Shown here: one piece after another, positions 46,812 to 56,246 of the stretch
How the letters are laid out: every line of letters starts with the position of its first letter
Numbering within the stretch: position 1 is the first letter of the stretch
Assembly: GCA_965224025.1 (NCBI GenBank)
Contig: OZ245033.1
Coordinates: 867,571-931,570, forward strand
From: Candidatus Multivorans sp.
Lineage (GTDB): Bacteria; Acidobacteriota; Thermoanaerobaculia; Multivoradales; Multivoraceae
Direction: 5' to 3'
DNA: 64,000 nt
Made by a program: the position numbers and the translations under genes
The notes under the pieces: model-generated
What the model was told of the DNA's origin: nothing
What the model saw: the letters and a program-made list of their open reading frames with translations, nothing else
Database searches by the model: none

Positions 46812-47055
46812 AACCTGACCCCCTTGAGAGTGAGCCTACAACAACGCCCTACCGCCGGTCAAACGCGCGGTCTTGTTCACCGGAAGATGAGCCTGAAGGT
46901 GCGTTGCGGATCCACCGAGCAATGAAACCAAGAGCGACTAGCGTTAGTGGTGGAAGATCATCGGAGAACGATCAGGGCGCAAAAGAACGCACCGTCTTCA
47001 GACCTAGAGAACGGAGGACGGAAGTCGGTGCTTTCTGCTGGTGAGGAAAGTTCCA

Positions 47056-49830
47056 CTAGAACTCAAGCCCCAGGCGGATCATGACCCGGCGCGGCCAGAT
47101 GTAGTCGTACGGCACATACTCCTCGTCTGGTGCGACCGTCAACTCCTCCCACGAGTCGAATGAGTCCTCGTTGAAGACGTTGAACAACTGGAGATCGAGT
47201 TTGAGCTGCACCGCGCCGACGTCGAAGCGTCGGCCGAAGGACAGGTCGAGGACGCTCTGGTCCGGCAACCGCGTGTCGTCGCTGGCGGGAATCGCGATTA
47301 CAGTCTGACCGCCCTGTTCGAGCGGCGCCGTCGACCTCTCCCCGCCGACGATCAGTTGCTGGTTGTAAGGCGTGCCGGTCAGGAAGCTGTAGGTCGCCGT
47401 GCCGACAAGCTGCCACGGCAGTTCGAAACTGCCCTGGAACTGAAAGACATGCTCGCGGTCGTTCTGCAGCGCCTGGTCGGCGTTGATCCAGTTGTTCGGG
47501 TCCCGGCCGTCCGTGTCGGTGTAGAACGGACTCCCCTGCGACTGCAGCAGCGGCCGCGGAATGAAGCCGGTCGAGTTCGACCACGTGTAGGAGGACTGCA
47601 AGCTCCAGCCGTCGCTGTAGCGCCTGTTGAAAGTGAGAACCACGCCCTCGTACTCCTGGTGGTAGCGGACTCCCGGCGCCGCCGCCGAGCCCGGTCCGGG
47701 ACCGTTGCCCTTGCGCGTCGTCGGCTGCTCGATGATGCTGATCAACTGCTCCGTCTCGCCCGTGAACGGATTCGTCCAGGGCACGCGCTCGGTCTCCCCG
47801 TCGTCCAGGATCTCCCAGCCGATCAGGTTCTTGGCTTCCTTGTAGACGCCCTGGATGCCGAACGTGAAGTTGTCGGCGAAGCGACGCTCCCAGCCCACGG
47901 TGTACTGGTCCGTCTGCGGCGCCTTCAGATCGGGATGGAACAGGTTTCCGTGGTACTCGAAGGTCGAGGATTCGGTCCAGGGGCCGTCGAGCGAGGGGCC
48001 AAACTCCGTGACGTAGATGGGTGGATCAGGCGGCGGCGCGTACCAGTTGCCGGTGACGTCCGCGTCGTAGAACCTGCCGTAGAAGGCGCGCAGGACCTGC
48101 CGGTCGCCGATCTGATACGCCATGCCGACGCGCGGCGAGACCAGCGACCAGTCGGTCACGTTCCGGACCCCCGGTATGATCTCGGAGGTCGGGCTCCAAT
48201 CCGGGTTCAGCTTCGGAAAGTCGGGAATGTCACCGCTGTGCCGGTCGTAGCGGACGCCGAGGTTCAGCGTCAGGTTCGAGTTCACCTGCCAGGAATCGTC
48301 CGCGAACGCCGACGCCACCTCGGTGTCGGCGCCGTAGTGGAACGGTCGCGCCGTGACCCGGTAGTAGTAGACGTACCCAGGGCTGTACTCGTAGCGGTAG
48401 AAGTAGACGCCGGTCGGGCCGCCCCCGGTGCGCGTATCGCCCGTGCCGGTCCCGTACGAGATGCCGAACTTGAAGTCGTGGTCGCCACCCAGGAGGTCGT
48501 CGGCGTGGTGCGAGAGCTTGATGTCCACCTGGTCGCGGCCAAGCGTCCACCGGTACTGGTAGCCCGGGCTGCCGCTGTATTGGGTGGGGCCGCCGTCCGC
48601 CGGCGAGTAGTCGGCGTACGGAGGCGCCGTACTGCCGGTGGCCGAGAGCAGATTGTCGTCGCTGCTGTAGCCAGCGTACATGACCTCCAGATAGTCGTTC
48701 GGGGTCAAGACGGACTGGAACTGGAGCCCCCAGGCCGGGTTGGTGCCGAACTCGTTCCCGGTGGCGTCCGGCGTCGTGTTGGGGGCCGCGAATGTGAAGT
48801 CGTAGTCCTCGTAGTGGTACTTCGCCTCCATCAGATTGCTGTCGTTGAATGCCGCGTTGATCTTGACGTCGTAGCGTTCGGTCGGGTACGCCTCCGGGAA
48901 CGTCGGATTAACCCCCGGCTCGCTGTACGCGTCCTCCGTGGTCTGCACGGACGCGAAGAACCACGCCTTGTCGCGCGCGAACGGGCCGCCCAGAGTGCCC
49001 GTGAGGTCGTCGAACTCGTCGCGATTGAAGGCAACTCCGTCGATGTCGGCGTTCTCCTCGGTCAGACCGTCGTTCATGTGGTACCAGTCGATCGTGCCGG
49101 AGAACTCGTTCGAGCCCGACTTGGTCACTACGTTGAACGCTGCCCCGGACATGCTGCCGTACTCCGCCGGCGCGCCGAGTCCGAGCACCTGGACTTCCTC
49201 GATCGTCGCCGGATTCAGCCACCAGAACGCGTGACCGGTGTCCGATGAGGTCGTGTCGAGGCCGTCGATCCGCCATGAGTTGGAGGCCGTACTCGAACCG
49301 AAGGCCGACATGCTCGTGTCTCCCTCGGATCCGGGACTGATTCCGGGCGACAGTGCCATCACATCCCAGTAGTTGCGGTCCGTCGGCAGATCGTCGATGA
49401 AGTCGGCCGCGTAGCTGCTGCCGACGCTCGAGCTGGTCACGTCCAGAATCGGGGAGGCCGTCACCGTGACCTCATCCTGCACCGCCTCCAGCGAGAGTTC
49501 GATGTCGAGCCGGATCGTCGCGCTGATGCCTACCCGCACCCCTTCGACCCGATGCTCCTGAAAGCCGTCCAAGGCCGCGGTCACGACGTAGTCGTCGACC
49601 GGAAGCGACGACATTACGAAGCGGCCGCCGGCGCCGGCGATCGTGCTCCGCGAGAGGCCGCGATCCTCGATCGTCGCGGTGACCGTGACCCCGGGGAGGG
49701 CGTCGCCGTTCGTGTCGCGCACCTCACCGCGAATGTCGCCCGTGGTCTGGGCGGCGGCCGCCGCCGCAAGCACAAGACCAGCAGAAAAAGAAACCAGAAC
49801 GCGGCTGGTCGAAGGCTGCCGTTCAGACAT
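47056..49830 (-). CDS. TonB-dependent receptor with N-terminal carboxypeptidase-regulatory-like domain
   Basis: Internal start MSERQPST, signal peptide, GDIRGEVRDTNGDALPGVTVTA, plug and barrel blocks, and a C-terminal ..RRVMIRLGLEF. Confidence 0.9.
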   Translation of the reverse strand: MSERQPSTSRVLVSFSAGLVLAAAAAAQTTGDIRGEVRDTNGDALPGVTVTATIEDRGLSRSTIAGAGGRFVMSSLPVDDYVVTAALDGFQEHRVEGVRVGISATIRLDIELSLEAVQDEVTVTASPILDVTSSSVGSSYAADFIDDLPTDRNYWDVMALSPGISPGSEGDTSMSAFGSSTASNSWRIDGLDTTSSDTGHAFWWLNPATIEEVQVLGLGAPAEYGSMSGAAFNVVTKSGSNEFSGTIDWYHMNDGLTEENADIDGVAFNRDEFDDLTGTLGGPFARDKAWFFASVQTTEDAYSEPGVNPTFPEAYPTERYDVKINAAFNDSNLMEAKYHYEDYDFTFAAPNTTPDATGNEFGTNPAWGLQFQSVLTPNDYLEVMYAGYSSDDNLLSATGSTAPPYADYSPADGGPTQYSGSPGYQYRWTLGRDQVDIKLSHHADDLLGGDHDFKFGISYGTGTGDTRTGGGPTGVYFYRYEYSPGYVYYYRVTARPFHYGADTEVASAFADDSWQVNSNLTLNLGVRYDRHSGDIPDFPKLNPDWSPTSEIIPGVRNVTDWSLVSPRVGMAYQIGDRQVLRAFYGRFYDADVTGNWYAPPPDPPIYVTEFGPSLDGPWTESSTFEYHGNLFHPDLKAPQTDQYTVGWERRFADNFTFGIQGVYKEAKNLIGWEILDDGETERVPWTNPFTGETEQLISIIEQPTTRKGNGPGPGSAAAPGVRYHQEYEGVVLTFNRRYSDGWSLQSSYTWSNSTGFIPRPLLQSQGSPFYTDTDGRDPNNWINADQALQNDREHVFQFQGSFELPWQLVGTATYSFLTGTPYNQQLIVGGERSTAPLEQGGQTVIAIPASDDTRLPDQSVLDLSFGRRFDVGAVQLKLDLQLFNVFNEDSFDSWEELTVAPDEEYVPYDYIWPRRVMIRLGLEF

Positions 49831-50238
49831 CGTCGATCTCCTCGTGGGGCACGGCTGCCCAATCTCTATGCTATGGAACCTACTAACAGCCGATACTAAC
49901 CCGAACCGCCGTTCCCTGCACCGGCACGAGGCGGGCGCACCCGATGAGGCCCTGGAAGACGTGGCGGCAGTGGTCAACGGCAACCACCCGTCGGCCGATC
50001 TCCGGCAGGCGCCCGAACGGAGATCCCTGGCCGACTCTTGACGTGGATCCCTGGCAACCACTAGCGTGTGATTGCATCAGAAAACTGCGCAGGAGCATTG
50101 CGCAGGAGCAATCGTGTCGCGCATTCACTTCGTGCCACTTAAGGTTGCCGACAGGTGGGCGCTTCAGGCTCGGCTACCTGTAAACCGGTATCGGAGACAC
50201 AACACTAGCGCGCCAGAACACCCGGAGGCCGGTACTTC

Positions 50239-50325
50239 GCGCCGGATGCGGGCCAGAACCCGGGTGGCGCGATCCGCGCCACCCGTGAACCAGTCCGTGC
50301 GCCCGCCATCGGGCGCACGGATGGC
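50239..50325. repeat. REP/MITE-like element, family B (most complete copy)
   Basis: GCGCCGGATGCGGGCCAGAACCC + GGGTGGCGCG-ATC-CGCGCCACCC + GTGAACCAGT + CCGTGCGCCCG-CCAT-CGGGCGCACGG. Confidence 0.8.
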
Positions 50326-50352
50326 GGGCTCTCGCACCCAGTTTCCGCCGCG

Positions 50353-52731
50353 CTAGAACGGGAAGAGCAGCGGCACCATCCAGACGATCACGGTGAGCAG
50401 AATCACCGTGAGCGGAGTGCCGACCTTCAGGTAGTCCATGCTGCGGTAGCCGCCGGCGCCCATGACCAGCAGGTTCGCCTTGTGGCTGAACGGCGTCATG
50501 AAGGCCGCGGAGGCCGCGAGCGCCACGCCCATCATCAACGGATAGGGAGAAAGGTCGAGGCCGGAAGCCGCCTCGAGCACAACCGGCGTCAGCAACACGA
50601 CCGCCGGCGCACCGTCCAGGCACTGGCTGAGCAGGCTTGAGAGAAGGACCAGCGCCGCCAGCACCGCATACGGCCCGGCCGGGCCGGCCAGGTCCATCAC
50701 GCTGCTCGCCAACAGGGCCGCGGTACCGCTGCTCTCCATCGCCGACCCCACCGGCAGGATTGCCGCGACCAGGAAGATCGCCCGCCATTCGACCGCGCGG
50801 TAGGCCTCCTCCATGGTCAGCGCGCCGCACAGCACGATCAGGCTCGCGGAAGCGAAGGCGGCGACCTGAATTGGTGCAGTTCCCGTCACTACCAGCCCCA
50901 CCATCAAGGCCAGGCATCCGACGGCGAAGGGCGCCTTGTTGAGCCTGCGCGGCTCCTCCGCGACGTCCGAGAGGACGAGCAGATCGGGCTCCCGGGAAAG
51001 GAGAGCCAGCCGTCCCCGGCGGCCCTGCAGCAGCAATGCGTCGCCGACCCGCAGCGCGAGTTGAGCCAGACCGCTGCGAATGGCCCTTCCCTCGCGCCAG
51101 ATCGCGAGCACCTGCACGCCGTACCGATCACGGAACTCGATCTCCTCGAGATTCCGCCCCGCGAGACCCGATCGGGGCGCCAGCGTGGCCTCGGCCATGC
51201 CCACCTCCTCCGACTCGAACGCGGGCGCGGCAACCCCCGACGTCAACTCGACGCCGCCCATGCGCAGCAGGGCGCGCAGGCGCCGCTCCTTGCCCTTGAC
51301 GAACAGCCGGTCTCCGGCCTCGAACTCGAGCTGGGGCCCGGGGCCCCAGAGCACATCGCCAGCCCGTTCGACCGCGACTACCGTGAGTTCCATCAGCCGG
51401 CCCATCCACTCGACGCCGGCGCCGCTGGCGAGAAGAGCCGAGTTCTCGGGTACCCGGATAACGAGCAGGGGTTGATCCTCAAGGCGGTCCAGGGCGGCCG
51501 GGCCGCTCTCTTCGATCTCCAGAACGTCGGAGTCGATCTCCGGCGCGTCGTCGCCGAACAGACCGTAGAGCACGTCTCCTTTCTCGAGCCGAAGCTCGCC
51601 GAGCCGGTCGACGCGCACTTCGCCGTCGCGTTCCACCGCGATCACGAACACGCGCCAACCCTCGCGGAAGCGCGTCGCGGCCAGCGTGCTCCCGGCCAGG
51701 GGCGACGCGGCGGCCACCCGCGCCCTGAACGCGGTCACGCCCGCGTCCGGGGCGCCGATTTCCCCCGTGGTGGCCGTGCCGAGCGTCGTGGCGGTGCCGA
51801 GATCGACGCCCTGGAGCCGCAGCATCTGCTGCACTTCCTCGGCGTCGCCCTGCACGACCAGCTCGTCCCCGGCCAGCAGCCGCACGTCGTCCTTGGGCGC
51901 CAACTGCCAGTCCTCGCCGCGCGCGATGCCGAGGAGTTGCACTCCCAGGGTGGTTCCCAACCGGGTCTCGCGCAGGGTCGCCCCGTCGAGCTGCGAAGCC
52001 GCCGGTATGCGAATCGAGAACAACCCCTCATGAAGGCCGTAGAGATCCGCGAGTTCCGATTGACGGCCGGGAGTCGCGGCTCTGCGACCCGGCAGCAGAC
52101 GGCGACCCGCGGTGAGCATGAAGAGGATGCCGCCGGCAAGCAGCACCAGGCCGAAGGGCGTGAAGTCGAAGAGTCCGAAGGGCTCGAGTCCGCGGTCCCG
52201 CAGCATCGCCGCCGCCAGAATGTTCGGCGGCGTCCCGACCAGGGTGGCGGTGCCCCCCAGGATGGCCCCGAAGGCCAGCGGCAGGAACAACCGGGACGGC
52301 GGAAGGTGCGCGCGCCGACCGAGACTCGCCACCGCCGGCATCAGCACCGCGGTCGCCGCGATGTTGTTCATGAACATCGAGAGCACCCCCGCGACCAGCA
52401 TCACGGCGATCATCAAGGACGTCTCGCGGCTGCCGACGAAGCGATGGATGGCGCCGCCGACCAGATCCGCGACACCCGTCTGCATCAAGCCCGCGCTGAC
52501 GATGAAGATCGACAGCATCGTGATCACCGCCGACGACGCGAAGCCGGTGAAGGCCTGATCGACGGCGACGTAGCCGGTGAAGATCAGCAGGGTCAGACCG
52601 AGGAAGGCGGTCAGGTCGATCGGCAGTTTCTCGGTCAGAAACAGGACGACCATGGCCGCGAGAACGGCAAGCAGGAATGCGATCGCGCCCGGTTCGCCGA
52701 ACTCGTTGAGGAGCCAAGTCTGGAAAGTCAT
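50353..52731 (-). CDS. SLC13/DASS-type anion transporter with four internal TrkA-C (RCK_C) domains
   Basis: Polytopic N- and C-terminal halves flank four repeats of the ..L.(A/E)GD.L.V.G.. type (LLAGDELVVQGD, LEKGDVLYGLFG, FEAGDRLFVKGK, LRVGDALLLQGR). Confidence 0.85.
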   Translation of the reverse strand: MTFQTWLLNEFGEPGAIAFLLAVLAAMVVLFLTEKLPIDLTAFLGLTLLIFTGYVAVDQAFTGFASSAVITMLSIFIVSAGLMQTGVADLVGGAIHRFVGSRETSLMIAVMLVAGVLSMFMNNIAATAVLMPAVASLGRRAHLPPSRLFLPLAFGAILGGTATLVGTPPNILAAAMLRDRGLEPFGLFDFTPFGLVLLAGGILFMLTAGRRLLPGRRAATPGRQSELADLYGLHEGLFSIRIPAASQLDGATLRETRLGTTLGVQLLGIARGEDWQLAPKDDVRLLAGDELVVQGDAEEVQQMLRLQGVDLGTATTLGTATTGEIGAPDAGVTAFRARVAAASPLAGSTLAATRFREGWRVFVIAVERDGEVRVDRLGELRLEKGDVLYGLFGDDAPEIDSDVLEIEESGPAALDRLEDQPLLVIRVPENSALLASGAGVEWMGRLMELTVVAVERAGDVLWGPGPQLEFEAGDRLFVKGKERRLRALLRMGGVELTSGVAAPAFESEEVGMAEATLAPRSGLAGRNLEEIEFRDRYGVQVLAIWREGRAIRSGLAQLALRVGDALLLQGRRGRLALLSREPDLLVLSDVAEEPRRLNKAPFAVGCLALMVGLVVTGTAPIQVAAFASASLIVLCGALTMEEAYRAVEWRAIFLVAAILPVGSAMESSGTAALLASSVMDLAGPAGPYAVLAALVLLSSLLSQCLDGAPAVVLLTPVVLEAASGLDLSPYPLMMGVALAASAAFMTPFSHKANLLVMGAGGYRSMDYLKVGTPLTVILLTVIVWMVPLLFPF

Positions 52732-52785
52732 CGGGGTTCAGATGGCCAGGAAACGCCGCGGAGCGCGCCAGACCGGCCGGGCGGT

Positions 52786-53565
52786 TCAGGCCGGAGGCTC
52801 GAACCGCCCGTCGATCGCGGTCCAGCCGCCGTCGACGAAAAGCACGGCGCCGGTCATGTAGCTCGCGGCGTCCGAGACCAGAAAGGCAGCCGCGTTGCCG
52901 ATCTCGTCCGGCCGGCCCCAGCGGCCCAGCGCCGTCTTCTCGGCGTAGGCGCGGTTCCAGCCCTCGTTCTGCTGAATCGGCCTGGTCAACGGCGTGTCGA
53001 TAACGCCCGGCGCCAGCGCGTTCACCCGCACCCCACTGGCGCCGAGTTCAGCCGCGGCGGTGCGCGCAAGCTGGACGATCCCGGCCTTGGTCGCCGCGTA
53101 GACGCCCTGTCCCGGCTCGACGACCTGGGAACGGATCGACGACAGCAACACGATACTGCCGCCGGCGGCCGACAGCAGGCCCCCGGCGACCTGCAACACG
53201 CACATCGCGCCGCCGAGGTTGAGCGTCACGACACGGTCGAACTCATCGAGCTGGTAGTCGAGCAGGCGCTTGCGGACATTGACTCCGGGCGTCGCCACCA
53301 CGCCCCGCAGATTGCTCAGAGCCTCGAGCGCCGACGCCATCGCCACGGGATCGAGGATGTCGAGCTCGGCCGCTTCGGCCTGACCGCCGGCCGAGACGAT
53401 CCGGTCCGCCGTCGCCTGCGCGGCCAGCAGGTTCACGTCGAAGCAGGCGACCAGCGCCCCCTGGCGGCCGCATGCCTCGGCCGCGCCTTCGCCGATCCCC
53501 GAGCCGGCGCCGATCACGGCGACGGTGCCGCCGTCGAGACGAAACGGGTTCTTTGACACGGTCAT
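52786..53565 (-). CDS. Short-chain dehydrogenase/reductase
   Basis: Internal start MTVSKNPF. Motifs VIGAGSGIG and YAATKAG. Confidence 0.85.
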   Translation of the reverse strand: MTVSKNPFRLDGGTVAVIGAGSGIGEGAAEACGRQGALVACFDVNLLAAQATADRIVSAGGQAEAAELDILDPVAMASALEALSNLRGVVATPGVNVRKRLLDYQLDEFDRVVTLNLGGAMCVLQVAGGLLSAAGGSIVLLSSIRSQVVEPGQGVYAATKAGIVQLARTAAAELGASGVRVNALAPGVIDTPLTRPIQQNEGWNRAYAEKTALGRWGRPDEIGNAAAFLVSDAASYMTGAVLFVDGGWTAIDGRFEPPA

Positions 53566-53569
53566 CGCC

Positions 53570-54676
53570 TCACGGCAGGTCGCGGACGGCGAGGATGCCC
53601 GGAAGCGACTCGGCATGCCGCACGCTGTTGAGCACCGCGTCGGCCAGCACCTCGGCCGCGAGGGCGCCGATCCGGCTGACGTCGGCCGGCCCTTCGAGGA
53701 CGCCGGTGGCGATCGCGAATACGGTGTCGCCATCGCCCGGCGTGTGGGACGGAACGATCGAGCGGGCAAGACCGTCGTGGGCCATCTGCGCCACCCGGGT
53801 CGCCTCGGCCTGGTTCAGGGCGGCGTTGGTCGCGACCACGGCGATCGTCGTGTTCTCGCGGTTGGCGGCCTCTTGTCGACTGGCGCGGCGGTCGCGGCCG
53901 AGGCCGCCGCGGAGCAGCTTGCGGGCGTCGAGCAGTTCGTTGTTCGGGCCGCGCACGCCCGCGACGACCTGACCGGTAGCCGGATCGATCACGTCGCCCA
54001 CCGCGTTGACCGCGACCAGCGCCCCGACCACCAGACCCGCCGAGGGGCCCTTCTCGAGCCGGTGCGACGCACTGCCCAGGCCGCCCTTCATCCTCGATCC
54101 GCGGCCTCCCATCTTCCCCACCGTGGCGCCGGCGCCGGCGCCCACGTTGCCCTGGGCCACCGGGCCGGTCGTCGCCGCCGCCGAGGCTCGATAGCCGCAT
54201 TCGGCGTCGGGACGGGGCTTGCTGCTGCCACCCATGCCGAGGTCCATCAACGAAGCGCCGACCACGATCGGCACCACTCCGGCGCCGACCCGGTAGCCGA
54301 CATCCTGCTCTTCGAGGTAACGCATCACGCCGCCCGCCGCATCGAGACCGTAGGCGCTGCCGCCGGTCAGGACCACGGCGTGGAGTTCCTGGATCATGTT
54401 GTGAGGCTGCAAGAGAGCCGTCTCGCGGGTCGCCGGAGCGCCGCCCCGGACGTCGACGCCGCCGACCGCGCCGCCGAGGGCCAGCACCACCGTGCAGCCG
54501 GTCGGCCGCTCCTCGTAGGTGATCTGACCTACCCGAATGCCTTCGACCGCGGTCAGGCCGGGATCGTCCGCGGCGGCCTCAGCCAAGCCTGGACCTCCGG
54601 CCACGAGCGCAAGCAGCCCGAGTCCCGGCCACGCCGACAGCCATCCCGGTTGCGTCAAGGCTAAGATTCTCGCCAT
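53570..54676 (-). CDS. P1/S58 (DmpA-type) aminopeptidase, secreted
   Basis: Signal peptide, GIRVGQITYEERPTGCTVVL, VVLTGGSAYGLDAAGGV and GNVGAGAGATVGK. Confidence 0.85.
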   Translation of the reverse strand: MARILALTQPGWLSAWPGLGLLALVAGGPGLAEAAADDPGLTAVEGIRVGQITYEERPTGCTVVLALGGAVGGVDVRGGAPATRETALLQPHNMIQELHAVVLTGGSAYGLDAAGGVMRYLEEQDVGYRVGAGVVPIVVGASLMDLGMGGSSKPRPDAECGYRASAAATTGPVAQGNVGAGAGATVGKMGGRGSRMKGGLGSASHRLEKGPSAGLVVGALVAVNAVGDVIDPATGQVVAGVRGPNNELLDARKLLRGGLGRDRRASRQEAANRENTTIAVVATNAALNQAEATRVAQMAHDGLARSIVPSHTPGDGDTVFAIATGVLEGPADVSRIGALAAEVLADAVLNSVRHAESLPGILAVRDLP

Positions 54677-54840
54677 AGAACATCTCTCCTGCCATCAGCG
54701 GCGGCGCCTGCCCGGCCGCCAACAGCGTCGGTGACGGCCCTCGTCGGCCGCCGGCCCGCCGACCGGCACAAGCGGCGGGAACATTGTGACAAGAGTCCAT
54801 CCCCCCCGCAAACGCGCAACCGCCGGGAACCTCACTCCCC

Positions 54841-56157
54841 ATGACGTCAGACGCTAGCGGACTCGACCGGCTGCGCGCGCATGTCGTGGACCGCGTCCTC
54901 TCCGAGGCGGCCGTCTGCGGCGAGGAAGCAGCGCACTTCGCGGCCGAGCTGATCCGCGTGCCGACGGTCAACCCGCCCGGCGACGCGTACCGTGAGTGCG
55001 CCGAGTTGCTCGGGGTCCGGCTTGAGGCGGACGGCTTCGAGACCGAGTACGTCGAGGGGCCCGGCGCCGATCCGAAGCGCCCGAAAGTCAACGTGCTCGC
55101 CCGGCGCCGGGGACGTGAGTCGCGGCCGTCGCTGCACCTCAACGGCCACATCGATGTCGTGCCGCCGGGCGAGGGCTGGACGGTCGACCCCTTCGGCGGC
55201 GAGATCAAGGGCGGCTGGCTCCACGGCCGCGGCTCGGCCGACATGAAGGCCGGCCTCGCCGCCGCGGTGTTCGCCGCCGAAGCGGTTCGGCGCGCCGGCG
55301 TCGGTCTGCGCGGAGCTCTCGAGATCAGCGGCACGGTCGACGAAGAGAGCGGCGGTCTGGCCGGGGTCGCCCACCTGGCCCGGATCGGCCGCGTTACGAG
55401 CCGAACGACGGACTACGTAATCATCCCCGAGCCCTTCGGCCCGACGCGGATCTGCATCGGTCACCGTGGCGTGCTCTGGTTCCGGATCCTGGCGCGCGGC
55501 CGCATCGCCCACGGTTCCATGCCCTTTCTCGGCGTCTCGGCAATCGACGCGGCGGCCGAGGCGGCGCTCGGGCTTCGGGAGGCGCTCGGCGATCTCGTCA
55601 CCGAACTGCCCGTGGTTCCGGAGGGCGCCCGCCGGCCGACCCTGAACGTGAACTCGATCGCGGGCGGTCAGGTCATCGAGGGGCTGAATGCGTCCGCCGC
55701 GCTGGACGGCCATGGCCAGGGGCTGCCTTCACCCTGCGTCGCGGACCAGTGCGAACTCGTCGTCGACCGCCGCTACCTGCTCGAGGAGGGCGCCGACGCG
55801 GTGCGCGCCGAGGTCCAGGGGGTGCTCTCGGCGGTAGAGACCCGCCGGCCCGGCGTTCGATTCGAGGTCGAGGAGGTGCTCAGCGTCGAGCCGACGCATA
55901 CGCCCGGCGACTGCCGGCTGGTCGAGTCGCTGAGCCGGGGCATCGAGACGGCGACCGGGAAGTCCGCCGACCTCGTGGCGAGCCCCGGCACGTACGATCA
56001 CAAGCACTTTCAGCGCATCGGAGGGATCGGGCAGTGCGTCGCCTACGGACCGGGCGAACTGGAAGAGGCCCATCAGCCCGACGAACGCTGCTCGCTCGCG
56101 GACATCACCGGGACCACGCAGGTTCTGGCGCTCACGATCGTCGATCTATTGAGCTAG
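54841..56157 (+). CDS. M20-family metallopeptidase (ArgE/DapE/ACY1 type)
   Basis: LHLNGHIDVVPPGEGW, GRGSADMKAGLAA and VDEESGG. Confidence 0.85.
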   Translation: MTSDASGLDRLRAHVVDRVLSEAAVCGEEAAHFAAELIRVPTVNPPGDAYRECAELLGVRLEADGFETEYVEGPGADPKRPKVNVLARRRGRESRPSLHLNGHIDVVPPGEGWTVDPFGGEIKGGWLHGRGSADMKAGLAAAVFAAEAVRRAGVGLRGALEISGTVDEESGGLAGVAHLARIGRVTSRTTDYVIIPEPFGPTRICIGHRGVLWFRILARGRIAHGSMPFLGVSAIDAAAEAALGLREALGDLVTELPVVPEGARRPTLNVNSIAGGQVIEGLNASAALDGHGQGLPSPCVADQCELVVDRRYLLEEGADAVRAEVQGVLSAVETRRPGVRFEVEEVLSVEPTHTPGDCRLVESLSRGIETATGKSADLVASPGTYDHKHFQRIGGIGQCVAYGPGELEEAHQPDERCSLADITGTTQVLALTIVDLLS

Positions 56158-56246
56158 GGTTGACCGTCACGCCGCCGCGACGGCGAGCGTCCGAAGAGCG
56201 AACCACACAGCCGGCCCCAGAGACGGGCCGCCGAGGAACTGCAACC

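Noticed and set aside
55749-56246. 166-aa N-terminal extension of the aminotransferase ORF.
   Set aside because: It is Arg-rich, lies entirely over the 3' half of the M20 peptidase gene in another frame, and the family N-terminus begins at MTVALDV.
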